The notes: a model not told the origin generated them from the sequence alone. A DNA stretch of 64,000 bases from Octopus vulgaris (GCA_951406725.2 OX597814.1:218178001-218242000), one strand, 5' to 3'; counted from the first letter of the stretch, positions 24,930 through 37,474 are shown. Numbers and translations: made by a program.

Positions 24930-27610
24930 AGTCATTGCCCCCATGGGGCCCAACACTCGAAAGGTGCTTTTTACATGCCACCAGCAACAGCCATGACTAT
25001 GATTTCACTTGGCTTGACAGGTCTTCTTCTCAAGCACAGCAAATCACCAAAGGTCTTGGTCACTAGTCATTGCCCACGTGAGGCCCAATGTTCGAAAATC
25101 ATACTTCACCACCTCATCCCATGTCTTCCTGGGTCTACCTCTACCACAGGTTCCCTCTACAGTTAGAGATCGGCACTTCTTTATACAGCTGTCCTTGTCC
25201 ATACACATCACAAGACCATACCAGCACAGTCATCTCTCTTGCACACCACATCTGATGCCCAACTTTACTCTCAAGATGCTTACACTCTGTCAAACATGTA
25301 CACTGACATTGCATGTCCAGCAAAGCATACTAGCTTCATTTCTTTCAAGTCTATGCATGTCCTTGGCTGTCACAGCCCATGTTTCACAGTTGTTTGCACA
25401 CAGGCATCATACAATCTGCCTTTCACTCTGAGGGAAAGGTCCTTTGTTGCCTGCAGAGGTAGGAGCTCTGAACTTTGCCCAACCTATTCTTATTTTAACA
25501 GCTATGTTCTCAGAGCATCCACCTCCACCACTAACTTGGTCACCTAGATAATGGAAGCTATCTACAACCTCTAGCTTACCCACCTGGCAATTGATGGAGT
25601 CTATTTTCTGTACATTGTACCTGTGCATCTTCTACATACAAAAGCTATTTTCCCTGTCAACCTTCCTCTAATATTGCTGCATTTTTTATGTGTCCAAAGC
25701 TTACACCAGGTGCATCTTATGGAGTTTCTACTTACACCTTTTCTATAGGTCGAGTAGGGCCATCTACCCGAAGGGATCTGTGATTTGTCTGCCTGCCTAC
25801 CTACTTACTATGACTTTGATTTTTGCTAGGTTATCTCTAAAGCCCTTTGATTCTAATCCTTGCTTCCATACCTGGAACTTCTATAGTTCTGGTAGTGATT
25901 CAGCTATAAGAGCAAGGTCATCAGCATAGAGGAGCTCCCAGGAGCAGCCTGTCTTGAATTCCTCTGTTATTTTCTGGAGGACTATGATGAACAAGAAGGG
26001 GCTGAGTACTGATCCTTAGTGAATCCTTATTTGTACATTGAATTCTTCGCTGTACTCATTGCCAACCCTCACCTTACTGGTAACATCCCTGTACAAGGCT
26101 TGTACAGCTCTCATCAACCACTTGTCTATCCCTAGTTCCTACATTGACCACCAGATAAGGGATGTGAGAACTCTGTCAAAAGCTTTCTCCAAGTCAACAA
26201 AAGCCAGGTACAGAGGTTTATCTTTGGTTAGGTATTTCTCCTATAGTTTCCTTACCAGAAATATAACATCAGTGGTGCTTCTCCCTGGCACAAAACCAAA
26301 CTGCATTTCATCTGGACTAGTTCTCTCCCTAATTAGTTGGGCTATGACTCTCTCTGTAACTTTCATCACCTGATGCAACAATTTGATACCTCTGTAATTA
26401 TTTCTATCTAAGACATCACCTTTACCTTTGTAGCAGTTGACTATGGTGCTGCTATATCAGTCATTGGGTATAATTCCTTTGTGAACCATCTGATTAACAA
26501 TACAGGTGACTAGGCCATATCCTACTCTACCAGATATTTTAAGCATTTCAGCAGTGATTCCTGAAGGCCCAGGGACTTTCCCTCTCTTCATATCCTTAAT
26601 TGCTTTATCTACCAAAATACTGTTGATTCAGGTAGCTGGTCCCTCAATTGGGTCTACATTTGGCAGACTCTACTCTTCCCATTCATTCTTCACATTCTGT
26701 AGTCTTTCATAATGGCATTTCCAAGCCTCTTTCTTTGCAGAATCATTAAGTGCAAGTGCTCCATCATCCATGTGAACACATTTCTCTCCTATGACATCAC
26801 AAATTTCTCTCACACACTGACTTGCAATCCAAATCACATATGCAAACGTCTTTTCTACTTCTTCCTTGGCTAAATATACTGGTCTTCTAGCTTTCCTTCT
26901 GGCTATCTGATACAGTTCCCTGCTACCTCCACTCTTCCAAGCTTGTTTCTTTGCTCTAATGGCCCTGTCTACAGCATCATTCCACCACCATGTTACCCAT
27001 GGTCTGGATGGGACTTTGCACCAGCTGCAGATTTGGTCTGTGGCACTCAGCAAGCTGTCCTGCAGGAATTCCCAGCTGCCCTCTAAGTCTATAGCTCCTC
27101 TGTCTCATCAAATTCCTCAATTAGGATGTACCTAAATCTCTGACCTTAAGCTTCCAAATCCTTCTTTTCCAGATTGATTTGCTTCTTGACATCTTTCTGA
27201 CCTCAAGTCTAAAGTCACTAATAACTAGTCTATGCTGGTGGGTACATTCCTCACCAGGGAGGGTCTTTGTATTTAAGAGCAACCATGCATCCTGCTATCT
27301 GGTGAGAATGTGATCGATCTGGTTAGCAGTCACCTGCTTTGCAGGTTGTCAGGTGGCGGGCTGGCTTCCTGAAGTTGGTGTTGCAGATTAATAGGTTATC
27401 TGCATCACAGAACTCCAGTAGCCTTGCTCTCTCTTCGTTTTGGGAACCAATTCCATGGCCCCCATGTACACCATGGAAGATACCAGGCTGCCATCTGACA
27501 TGTCCATTGAAATCCCCAGCCATGAAAATGAAATCATTGTCACTTGTCTTTGAGGTAGCCTGTATAAGAATATCATAAAAATGGTCCTTCCGTTCATTTG
27601 GTAGGCTCCG
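24930..27610 (-). mobile_element. Degraded RTE LINE (endonuclease to 3'UTR)
   Basis: AGDFNGHV, LLEFCDADNLLICNTNFRKP, VTWWWND, LYADDL; many stops and frameshifts. Confidence 0.92.
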
Positions 27611-29383
27611 CTCTTTGATGAATTTTTTAGGAATAAACTATTCAATATTTTACAAAGTAATTTTTATTTTATTTAAGCCTTTAGAATTCAGATAAACTCT
27701 GTCAAATGTAAAGCTTCTATATTCGAATTGATTTGAATTAGTCAAGCATTATTTCATAGCTCTGAGATTTCAATGATGTGATTGTTTATTCTTAGAATGA
27801 CATTGTAGAGTAAGTGCGAGAGGCCAGATGTGGTCAATTTGAATACAAAACAAGTAAGATATTTGGGTTGGATATGGCTAGTTGAAATGCTAAAGGGTTA
27901 ATGTAATCTTACATGTTACATTCATATAAATTTTATATTCAGACAATGCTTTAATCTCGAAAAGGAAGGACAATATATTTTGTTGAATTTATTTCTTTTA
28001 AAATAGTCATCAGTTAAGTTGCTTAACCCTTTTGTTACCATATTACTCTAAAAATACACTGCAGTTGTTTAAATTAATTTTGAAAATTTTGAAGAATTTA
28101 TAAAATAACTGTCATTATTAAGCTCGCATTTGGAAGATAAATCAAATACAAAATTTTTATGGAAGTTTTATTTTAGATCATTTTAAAACAGAAAATTGTG
28201 TTGTAGAACAAGAGGACAGTGTTTTTTACGTGGCACCAGTACAGGTGAGATCAGTTTTGGTATGGCTTTTACAGCTGGATGCCTTTCCAAATGCCAACTA
28301 CTTTACAGTATTGGGTGTCTTTCAGATTCTGTCTACAAAGTCCATGCACAAGGTTTTGGTCCGTCTGATGCATGGTGGGAGACACTCAATGAACCTAATG
28401 GAGACGCTAATATATTGGCTCAAATGCTATTTATCATACTTGTAATTGTGTATTTTATTCTTTAAAAATATTAGATATACAAATGCAAATGGGAAGAGCT
28501 ATGGCTTCCCAACCATATGGTTTTAAATTCAGTCTCACTGTATGGCACCTTTGACAAGTGTCTTCTATAACAGCCCTGGGTTGACCAAAACCTTGTTGGT
28601 GGACTTAAAATGGAAACTGAAAGAAGCCAATCGCAAGTGCGCGCGGGCGTGTATATATCATATATGTGTGTATTTACGTCAGAGAATTTTGTCACGGATG
28701 GATGGGCATTGTGGTGTAATTACAAAAAAAAAAAACAACCAAAATCAATAATAATAAAATGTGGATTGTATAAAACATTTGGTTTGTCTGAAATAGTGAA
28801 ACGTAAACAAAAAAAAAATTGATTACTTTTTCTCATTTTTCCGAAATTTCTGCTGACTTTTATACATCGCTATACCATAACTAAGGTTCTTTTTTTCCAA
28901 ATGTTTGTAATGTTTTTTTTATAACAAAGTCATAAAAACTTGAAATTTGGACGAAGTGGCTAATCGATTACATCGATCTGAATGTTTGAGAGGGACTTTA
29001 ATTATTGACCTCTAGGCGGAATTTGAACTCAGAACGCAAAGTAGGCAAAAATGCCGCCAATCATTTCGGAACTGACTCCCTGAATGTTTGTAATGAAATA
29101 CGTATAAGTTAAATGTTTTCCTTTCTCTCCTAATAATACTTTTAATGCTTTTAAAAGTGAAAGCAGTTCTGACACTAAATCATTTTATCAAAAAATTACT
29201 GATGTTTCTAATTTAAGACTTCTAAGCTGTTTTTTTCTCTCTTCTCATAATACTTTTAAACTAAAATATTTTTGCTCGTCTGACTTCAAAAGAGGTAAGC
29301 AGTATTTTGCTTTCGTTTCAGTATTTCAAATAAACCATATTTATGATATGATTCTCCACGTTTACCTAGACTATTTCCTAACA

Positions 29384-29628
29384 AACTGAAAACGTATCTC
29401 GTTTTTGGATTTGGTTTGCAAGATTCTTTATAGGAGTTCGTGTGTTGAAGCATATTCTGTTGTGTCTGGGGAGAGTCATTTTCTTTTTGTGCCTTATAAT
29501 GCAAAGGTTGCAAGACGCAACGAAAATTTTAGGAAAATAAAAATAAGTGGAAATTTTACCGGTGAGTGTGTTACATTATAAGGCACAAAAAGAAAATGAC
29601 TCTCCCCAGACACAACTGAAAACGTATC
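29384..29628. repeat. 43-bp perfect inverted repeat bracketed by 15-bp direct repeats
   Basis: gttgtgtctggggagagtcattttctttttgtgccttataatg (29459-29501) and its reverse complement (29574-29616); aactgaaaacgtatc at 29384 and 29614. Confidence 0.85.
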
Positions 29629-31356
29629 AGAAACAAGAAAAATTTAAAAACCAGAGTACACAGTATGTGGTGTTAGTTTAACGCTGACGTTTAGGACTGT
29701 TGTATATTAGGGACAAGTCTGGAAGAAAAAAAAAGACTTCTCTTTTGAGGAGGGAACTTTCCTTCCTTACTTTGGTTTTTGTTCTCTGCTTTTCCTAAAT
29801 GAAGGACAACTGTCCGAAACGTTGAAAACTTCTTCCTTGTGGTTCTAAGCTAACCCACTGTACTATATAGCCTTGCCTTTCCGTTGTTTTGTTTTGTTTT
29901 AATACTCTTATACTTGATTTTTTTTTTCCAGTATGTTAACAGACTTGTAGATCCTTATATTACTCTTAATTCAGATTATATTGGATCTATGATTATCTGT
30001 TTCAAACCAAGCACAATCCTCATCTAAAGACGTTAAATAAATTACTATTTTCTTCTCATACATCATTTGAATACGTATAAATACTGACTTTTGCAAGAGA
30101 TAAACACCCAATTTTCAGGCTTTAGGAAAAGCTATTTGATATGATCGAATGCAGTAATACTACAAGTGATGTAGCATAAAGCATCTCAACGTATTTTTAT
30201 TGCGCAATAGTGTTCTATGTTTTGGAAGAGAGAACCAAAAATACTTCACTTTTAATATTTTCCAATGCTTTTGAAGCAAAGAAAGCAGCGACTCCTTCAG
30301 AGAGTCGATAAAATAATTATTAGTGAGTACTCGTTTGCCACAATTCCTTCTCCAAAAATTTGTGGCTTTGGAATTATTTTTTGTGCTTAATACTACTACT
30401 ATTATTTATTATTATCGATTTATAAGTAAAAAGAATGAAACAGTATTTTATTCTATTTTAAGGTAAATATTCCTGTGCTGACTCTCAATAGAGAAAGCGA
30501 AAATTTTCGGTTATGCTAGCAGATTGCTATGTTGTAAAAATTATTTTGGAGGATTCTATATTTTTATAAAGAGACCCCCGCCTTCAATATCGAGTCTTAC
30601 CTTTCAGCAGTCGATTGAAATCGATTGATCTAACCTTTTATTTATATATATTTTTTTAGAAATTCAAATGACGCTGTGTGATTAGGCCTTACAAAGCTCC
30701 CCTCCCCTCCCCGCCAGGTATTAAATCACTTCAACTGCGATACACACCACTAATGATATGTGAGCTACGAAAAAATAAATAATAATAAGTAAATAAGGTT
30801 AAGGGAAAATTTAAGGAAGATGGTTTTAAACGAAGGTTTGGTCGGAAAGGCGAAGCGGACCCGGCGTTAGGACCAAAGTATGCGCTAGCACGTCGCACTG
30901 CCATAAAGAGTGAGATGCGAGAGGAAAGATCTGTCTTCGTAACACTAACATTGGTCTGTCTACATCATGTCATATTTTACAAAACGTTTTATTTCATTCC
31001 ACATTTTTTTTTTTACCATTATCCATTACATTAAAAAAAAAAATCCCAAATTACATTACAAGGAAAAATAAAGAACTCATCCTCCTATTTAATATTGGTT
31101 TTTGACGCAAGGTTCTTGCTCATGCAGAAATATATAAACAAAACAGCTGGCTCTTAATATCATGGCTCCGTTTTCAGCTGGGTTTCTATTTTAAAAAATT
31201 AGTCTCGGCATAATTTTTAAAAAGCTCAAAAGACACAACCAGCTTAATGAAGAAAAAACAGTTTAAACACATTTATTAATTAATTTCAGCGTCTGATTTA
31301 CATAAATCATATCTTCGATTTAATTATATAAGCACTGTATACAATAATTTCATTAT

Positions 31357-31369
<13 letters not shown>

Positions 31370-31408
<39 letters not shown>

Positions 31409-31536
31409 CACAAAGCTTCAGTTTTATAAAACAGAAATTAAACTCCGAGAATTTCATTTCCCTTCTAGTTATGTGAGATTTCATGCACATATCATAAATC
31501 ATTAACTCGATTTAAATAACACTATATATATATATA

Positions 31537-31631
<95 letters not shown>

Positions 31632-31740
31632 AAGCACGTATGTATCTGACAAGTGACAAACAGAGCTGATAACGGTATTCTTGCATGCAGTCTTAATATA
31701 TATATATATATATATACACATAGAGAGAGAGAGAGATAGG
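31370..31740. repeat. (TA)n/(TG)n/(GA)n microsatellite cluster
   Basis: Directly visible. Confidence 0.9.
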
Positions 31741-31869
31741 TCCTGATTACTTACGTGTTTCACTGCTGCTTTTATCGCTTCAATACCAGTGACTGTTTGG
31801 AGAAATTAACTCATTGCATGGTAGAGAGAAATATAGAGCAGCAAAAAGGATGTCACAAACAATTAAAGC

Positions 31870-31970
31870 AACACGCGCATCTGCCATTCACGTGCCAATT
31901 ACGTCGATTCTCGTTGAGCATGCGCGTTCCATCGTCGCACGTGTTAAAAGGCGCGTAAAAAGCACCGTGT
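31870..31970. promoter_or_regulatory. CpG-rich candidate promoter upstream of a minus-strand splice donor
   Basis: Two CACGTG motifs, a GCATGCGC motif and local CpG enrichment; C|GTAAGT donor at 31755/31754 on the minus strand. Confidence 0.3.
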
Positions 31971-32597
31971 ATCCTTTACACTGAATTCTATTTCATTCTA
32001 TAATCTTTTTATTTGCCGTTTTAACTGCTTTGGAAGCGAAAGTATCAAAGTTAATGGATAAGCAATAATGAGTAAATAGATTAAAAGAATCTCTATTGAC
32101 GTAAAATAATCAGAATAAAATGTCCATATTCTTATATATATATTTGTTCATTTAAAACCAAGTTGCTTTAATGTAAGCCGATCTAATTAATACTATCATT
32201 ACGCTAAGATAATAAAAGAAATTGCTTTGTTTATTAGCCATACAGAATGACAAAACAACTGATGGTGTTTACGTAAATATATAAGCTATAACGGGAAGGA
32301 ATGACGTTCATACATTTATCGAAGGACGTCAACAGCATAAATTAGCTTAATGTGTAGAATGGCGTCATAGTCGCAACTTTTCAAAAAGCTTACCACTTGC
32401 TTTCTAATATAAATATATAAACGTTTATATACCGAGAAATGCACTTCAAAATGCTGCAGGAAAAAAATATATATAAGCCTTAAATTTTGAGAGTTATCTC
32501 CCATGTTCTTCAAGAAACTTAAAAATTTTAGGAGCAGAAGATAAAAGGATGGAAATAATTTTTTAAAAGGCCACAACGAATTTCTTACCTTTCTTGA

Positions 32598-32960
32598 TAC
32601 TTGTTTTCAGTTAAATGGGCTGTGGCCATGCCACGGCACAGTTTTGAAGAGTTTTCGTCGAACAAATTGACCACGGTACTTATTTTAAAGTCAGGTACTT
32701 ATTCTATCGTTTCTGTTTGTCGAACCGCTAATCAGGGGACGTAAACAAACCAGCACCGGTTATCAAGTGGTGGTGAAGGCATACCCAAATATAAAGACAC
32801 ACACGCATACGACGGGCTTCAACACAGTTTTCCACGGGAAAATTCGCTCACAAGACATTGGTCGGCCCGAGGCTATAGCAGAAGATACCTGGCTAAGGTG
32901 CCGCACAGTAAGACTGAACCGAAATCTGTGAGGCTGCAAAGCAAGCTTATTAGCCTCACA
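32598..32960 (-). mobile_element. Old, degenerate SINE family A
   Basis: Diverged match to the family-A consensus. Confidence 0.75.
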
Positions 32961-32981
32961 GACAAATGCTTCATTAATTTA

Positions 32982-33369
32982 CTAGCAGTATCGCCCGGCG
33001 TTGCTCGGGTTTGTAGGGGAAATAACTATATAAGCATTTTTAGAGAGTTATAGTCAAAAAATTGCAAAAAAATGCATTTAAAATGGAAAAAAAATTATGG
33101 TAAAATTTTTTTTAAATCGTTGACTCATCGTAGACATTTTTAGAGAGTTACTTCCCTTATATAATAGTGAAAAAAATGCATTAAAATGAAAAAAAATTAT
33201 GGGAAATTATTTCAAAAATCGTAGATGCGCGCTAATACCCAGAAGGGCTCGATATGAATCACGACTATAAGATACCCGCTTTTGGTTAAACTGCATCGCA
33301 AAATGTGGGAGTAGTTAGGAATCTAAATCGTAGGAGACAGACACACAACTTGACTTTTATATATAAAGA
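32982..33369 (-). mobile_element. Non-autonomous Helitron, unit 1 of a tandem
   Basis: 5' TCTTTATATATAAAAG; 3' hairpin cccgagcaacgccggg + CTAG|T. Confidence 0.88.
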
Positions 33370-33767
33370 CTAGCAGTATCGCCCGGCGTTGCTCGGGTTT
33401 GTAAGGGAAATAACAATATAAGCATTTTTAGTGAGTTATAGCAAAAAAATAGCAAAAAAATGCATTAAAAAGGGGAAAAAAATGATGGTAATTTTTTTTT
33501 TAATCGTTGACTCATCGTAGACATTTTTAGAGAGTTACTTCCCTTATATAATAGTGAAAAATGCATTAAAATGGAATAAAAAATGATGGTAAATTTTTTA
33601 AAAAATCGTAGACTCATCGTAGACGCGCGCTAATACCCAGAAGGGCTCGATATGAATCACGACTATAAGATTCCCGGTTTTGGTTACACTGCACCGCAAA
33701 ATGTGGGAGTAGTTAGGAATCTAAATCGTAGGAGACAGACACAGAACTTCACTTTTATATATAAAGA
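33370..33767 (-). mobile_element. Non-autonomous Helitron, unit 2 of a tandem
   Basis: A|TC start at 33767; its CTAG directly abuts the TC of unit 1. Confidence 0.88.
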
Positions 33768-33829
33768 TTTGTGCAACAACTAAAACATTCGGCTGTGCAA
33801 ATTGTTTGTAATTGCCGTTTTTGTGGATC

Positions 33830-34261
33830 TGTTTCAGCTTTTTTTAGCGATTTCTGTTTTGGTGTCTTCAAGCCATGAAGTCGTTGTTCTAAAAGAACGC
33901 TGGTCTCCTTGACAACGCAGTACGACGTTGATTTCCTTAAACTCCTTTCCCCACAGCTTCATGAGGGAGGGAAGAAGGGAGAGAAGCAAACACAGGTGCA
34001 GATGTTTGAGCGTGGACGCCAACTCCGCCGCCATCGACACACGAAAAATTATGCATTAAAATGGAATAAAAAATGATGTTAAATTATTTTTAAAATCGTA
34101 GACTCATCGTAGACGTGCGCTAATAGGCAGACGGGCTCGATATGAATCACGACTATAAGATACCCGAATTTGGTTAAACTGCACCGCAAAATGTGGGAGT
34201 AGTTAGGAATCTAAATCGAAGGGGACAGACACTCACACAACTACAGTTTTATATATATAGA
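33830..34261 (-). mobile_element. Helitron 5' half fused to an unrelated GC-richer segment
   Basis: A|TCTATATATATAAAAC start; 34045-34261 matches the 5' half of units 1 and 2; no own CTAG end visible. Confidence 0.7.
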
Positions 34262-34525
34262 TATGAGAAATCTTTGATGATCACATTGCAGAATACTCTA
34301 AAATAAACAGGCTTTGTTTAGATCGAAAACTTAAACGATGGTGAGAAGTAATGTTTATGCCCGCACCTCTATCAATCTGGTTTTCAGACTTTACTACCGT
34401 TTTTAACCCCAGGACACGGTAGTAACGTTGAACAGCCGTATTGACGTGGCGATAAACATTACTTCTCAGTATAGTCATTATTTCATCTCTTATAGAGATT
34501 GTCTATCTAGCTATTTTGCTTAAAC

Positions 34526-34849
34526 CAGGAGTTTCTCAACCATTTTTTTTATCTATAGACCCCCTTTGATTGCTATTTTATTCTGGTGAACCCCCGTAGC
34601 CATTCAATGTCTTTTATAAATGTTTTCAGACTCAGACATTAATTTGTGTCGGTTGAACAATGGAAAATGTTAGAGAAAGAAATCTAGCTGTTTCTTGCAA
34701 AACATACCAATACATATGTCTAAAGCAAACATTTTTCAGGAGCCCTTAAAATTCTATTGTGGGTCACCAATTTACTATTTTGTTGTGTGGACCCCAAAAA
34801 TCTGATGTGGATCTTCAGGGGCTATTTGGATCCCAGTTGAGAATCACTG
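34526..34849. mobile_element. hAT-type MITE with 8-bp TSD
   Basis: gcttaaac|caggagtttctcaac ... gttgagaatcactg|gcttaaac. Confidence 0.85.
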
Positions 34850-35599
34850 GCTTAAACGATATTTGTTTTAAAATGACATACATTTAATAATTATGAAATA
34901 TTATTTCAATATTTCTTTACGATATTAGCACAACTCTACAAGTGGACCAATTGAAGTCCCTGGACCAGTAGATTTTGGGGGCCGCTACGATTTTGCTAAT
35001 TCAAAACATAAGACAATAAAAAGGCTCCAAACAGTTTGAAGAGGGACTCTTTAATGGCTTTTTAAACCTAGAAGGGTCCAATAATTTTTTTTTAAAGTGC
35101 TCAATAATTTTGAAAGAATTCTTGGATTATAAATATTTAAACAAATTACTTGATTGCTGTAAATATATTTAAAAACTTTTATCTTCAAGCTTTTGGTTTC
35201 TCTGAATTAAAGTCCGTCTTCTTCCCCCGCAAGCTTGTAGGGCCTTGGGCCATGACCCATATCGGCCCATACATAAATCTTGCCCGGTGTATTGTCGATT
35301 GAATCCACTGCTGATTGACACATATTTTAATGATTCGAAAGGACTGGGAAGTAAAATCAGTCTGATGAGATAGAAACAAACCAAGTATGGGGGTGGGGGG
35401 GGTGGGGGAGAAGATCAAACTAGTTCCCTGTTTCCTATCTCCGTTTAATTCTTAATCATTTTAAATTTCGAAGATCTCAACCTTGCCTTCTTTGGTAAGA
35501 ACTGTCGCCAATGCCAATGACTTCTTATAACGAGTTTAATTTCGAAGTTGTTTAAAAATTCTTTCTTGCTCAGTAGATTACGCTAATCGAGATTTGTAA

Positions 35600-36065
35600 C
35601 TTGGACAACAGAATGAAATGAATGTTGGCTAAATGACCGAAAGAGTTCGATACAAGCGAATACAAGCGGCCAAAATGGAGTTTCTCTCAAGGATCTCAGG
35701 AGTTACGTTACTCAATAAGGGCACGTCCCTCGGAAATGGTGAAGTCTCTCCAGGTCGAGTTGCTACTTCTCCACAATGAGCGGCCATAAATCCGGTACTT
35801 CGGACATGTGATTAGAAGGCTGCTGGAAAGAATTGCAAGCAGCTTATTCAAGCCGTGCCAACCAGAAGAAGAAGATCCTAAGGTTAGGCCAAGAATGAGA
35901 TGGTTACATAATATCTATATTCCCAGATGGTCACACTTGAAATTCCAGCGGGGAAATGCAGTGGTGGTTGCTTCTGTAAGGACACCGTGGAGGAGGTGCC
36001 TGAGGACTCAACTCCAACGTCCCACCCAGGAACAGTGGGCACTGAAAATGGGTGGGTGGATACAT
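35600..36065 (+). mobile_element. Old RTE-like LINE 3' fragment
   Basis: RIQAAKMEFLSRISGVT...YFGHVIRR...GRPRMRW; (ggtg/gatg)-like tail. Confidence 0.7.
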
Positions 36066-36256
36066 ATTGTTAACTTGCATTAAAGTCTAAGTTCTTCACA
36101 CAGAAAGTATCTTGGAAAATTTTCTCACAAAGACTTGATTTTCTCCTGTTGTTCTAAGTTCATGGCTAAAAAAGGAAGGGGGTGGGGGGGCGTTTTGCAG
36201 CGTTTAATGAGCATTACTAACTAATTGCAATTTGACTTTGAGAGACACTTCGGTGC

Positions 36257-36445
36257 TACTTTAGCGTGCTGTCTACTGCAGTATCAGTAGTCTACGCTGT
36301 GAAATGACCTGATCTGGGTTAGGGTTAGGAGTTAGGGTGAAATTAAGGTTTATGATTAGGGTTAGGGTTAGGATCAGGGATTATGGATTAGAGTTAGACT
36401 GCACGCTTAAGTGTAAACAGTCAGGTAGACAGACGCGCTAAAGTA
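36257..36445. repeat. Short element with imperfect inverted ends enclosing degenerate TTAGGG repeats
   Basis: tactttagcgtgctgtctac / gtagacagacgcgctaaagta; internal gggttagggttagg arrays. Confidence 0.7.
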
Positions 36446-36477
36446 TATAAGTACTCGGATTGATTTGTTTGACTGGG

Positions 36478-36846
36478 GAAGCACTCCATCGGTTACGACG
36501 ATGAGGGTTCCGGTTGATCCGAATCAACAGAACAGCCTGCTCGTGAAATTAACGTGTAAGTGGCTGAGCACTCAACAGACACGTGTACCCTTAACGTAGT
36601 TCTCAGGCATATTCAGCGTGACACAGAGAATGACAAGGCTGGCCCTTTGAAATACAGGTACAACAGAAACAGGAAGTAAGAGTGAGAGAAAGTTGTGGTG
36701 AAAGAGTACAGCAGGCATCACCACCATCCCCTGCCAGAGCCTCGTGGAGCTTTAGGTGTTTTCGCTCAATAAACACTCACAACGCCCGGTCTGGGAATCG
36801 AAACCGCGAGTCCGCTGCCCTAACCACTGGGCCATTGCGCCTCCAC
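36478..36846 (-). mobile_element. SINE family B inserted in an older family-A tail
   Basis: Family-B sequence; TSD gatttgtt(t/c)gact. Confidence 0.9.
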
Positions 36847-36868
36847 GATTTGTTCGACTAAAACCTTT

Positions 36869-37474
36869 TGTAACGAACTTAGTGTTGTGAATATCTTCTC
36901 TTGTACTTTCGGGGTACAAGAAAGCAATCACTAGCCGTTGCTTTAATAATCCAGAATTCTACCAGTCAGAAACAACAAGACGCAGACATAAAAGATATAT
37001 ATACTACTTTATTCTCTTTCTTGGTAACAGTAACAATAAGTGGTTATCTGATGTCCTTGGTTCTGGGCGCGCAAGGCTGAAAGTTAATCGATTGTAATAT
37101 TTACAATGTTCAGCCGCTAAAAACCGAACGGGTTAAAGATGGCGTCCGAAACAGGGAAGATGAATGTGGTCGGCAACAATTTGGTTAAAAGCTTTCGGCC
37201 GACTGCTATCAAAGCTGGACAGCGAGAAAAATATACGTCCGTCGCCTTCGGTCGCTGCCGTCCCAAGTCCCCGCTGACTGCTGCTAGTGGTCAAACGTTC
37301 TACGACCCCCTTGCCTCGCTAACTGCTACGTAGGCAAAAGGGTTCTTCTTCCGGTGCTTCGCGCATGCGCGAGAGGGCCCTTCCTTTCTGTGCCTTGGTG
37401 AAGGCACCAACACTCGCACGCGCGAAATAGAAAATGGACGGTGCGCGCGCGCGCACCGTTATAGGATCACTACA
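36869..37474 (-). mobile_element. Solo LTR (606 bp), Gypsy-like
   Basis: TGTAAC...CTACA termini; 4-bp TSD cttt on both sides; splits a family-A SINE tail; AATAAA on the minus strand at 37008-37013 (orientation inferred). Confidence 0.8.

Noticed and set aside
36317-36395. True telomere or chromosome fusion site
   Set aside because: Short, degenerate, single orientation, and enclosed by inverted repeats.
37139-37333. 64-aa ORF with a good ATG context as a host gene
   Set aside because: Lies within the solo LTR; no recognisable domain.
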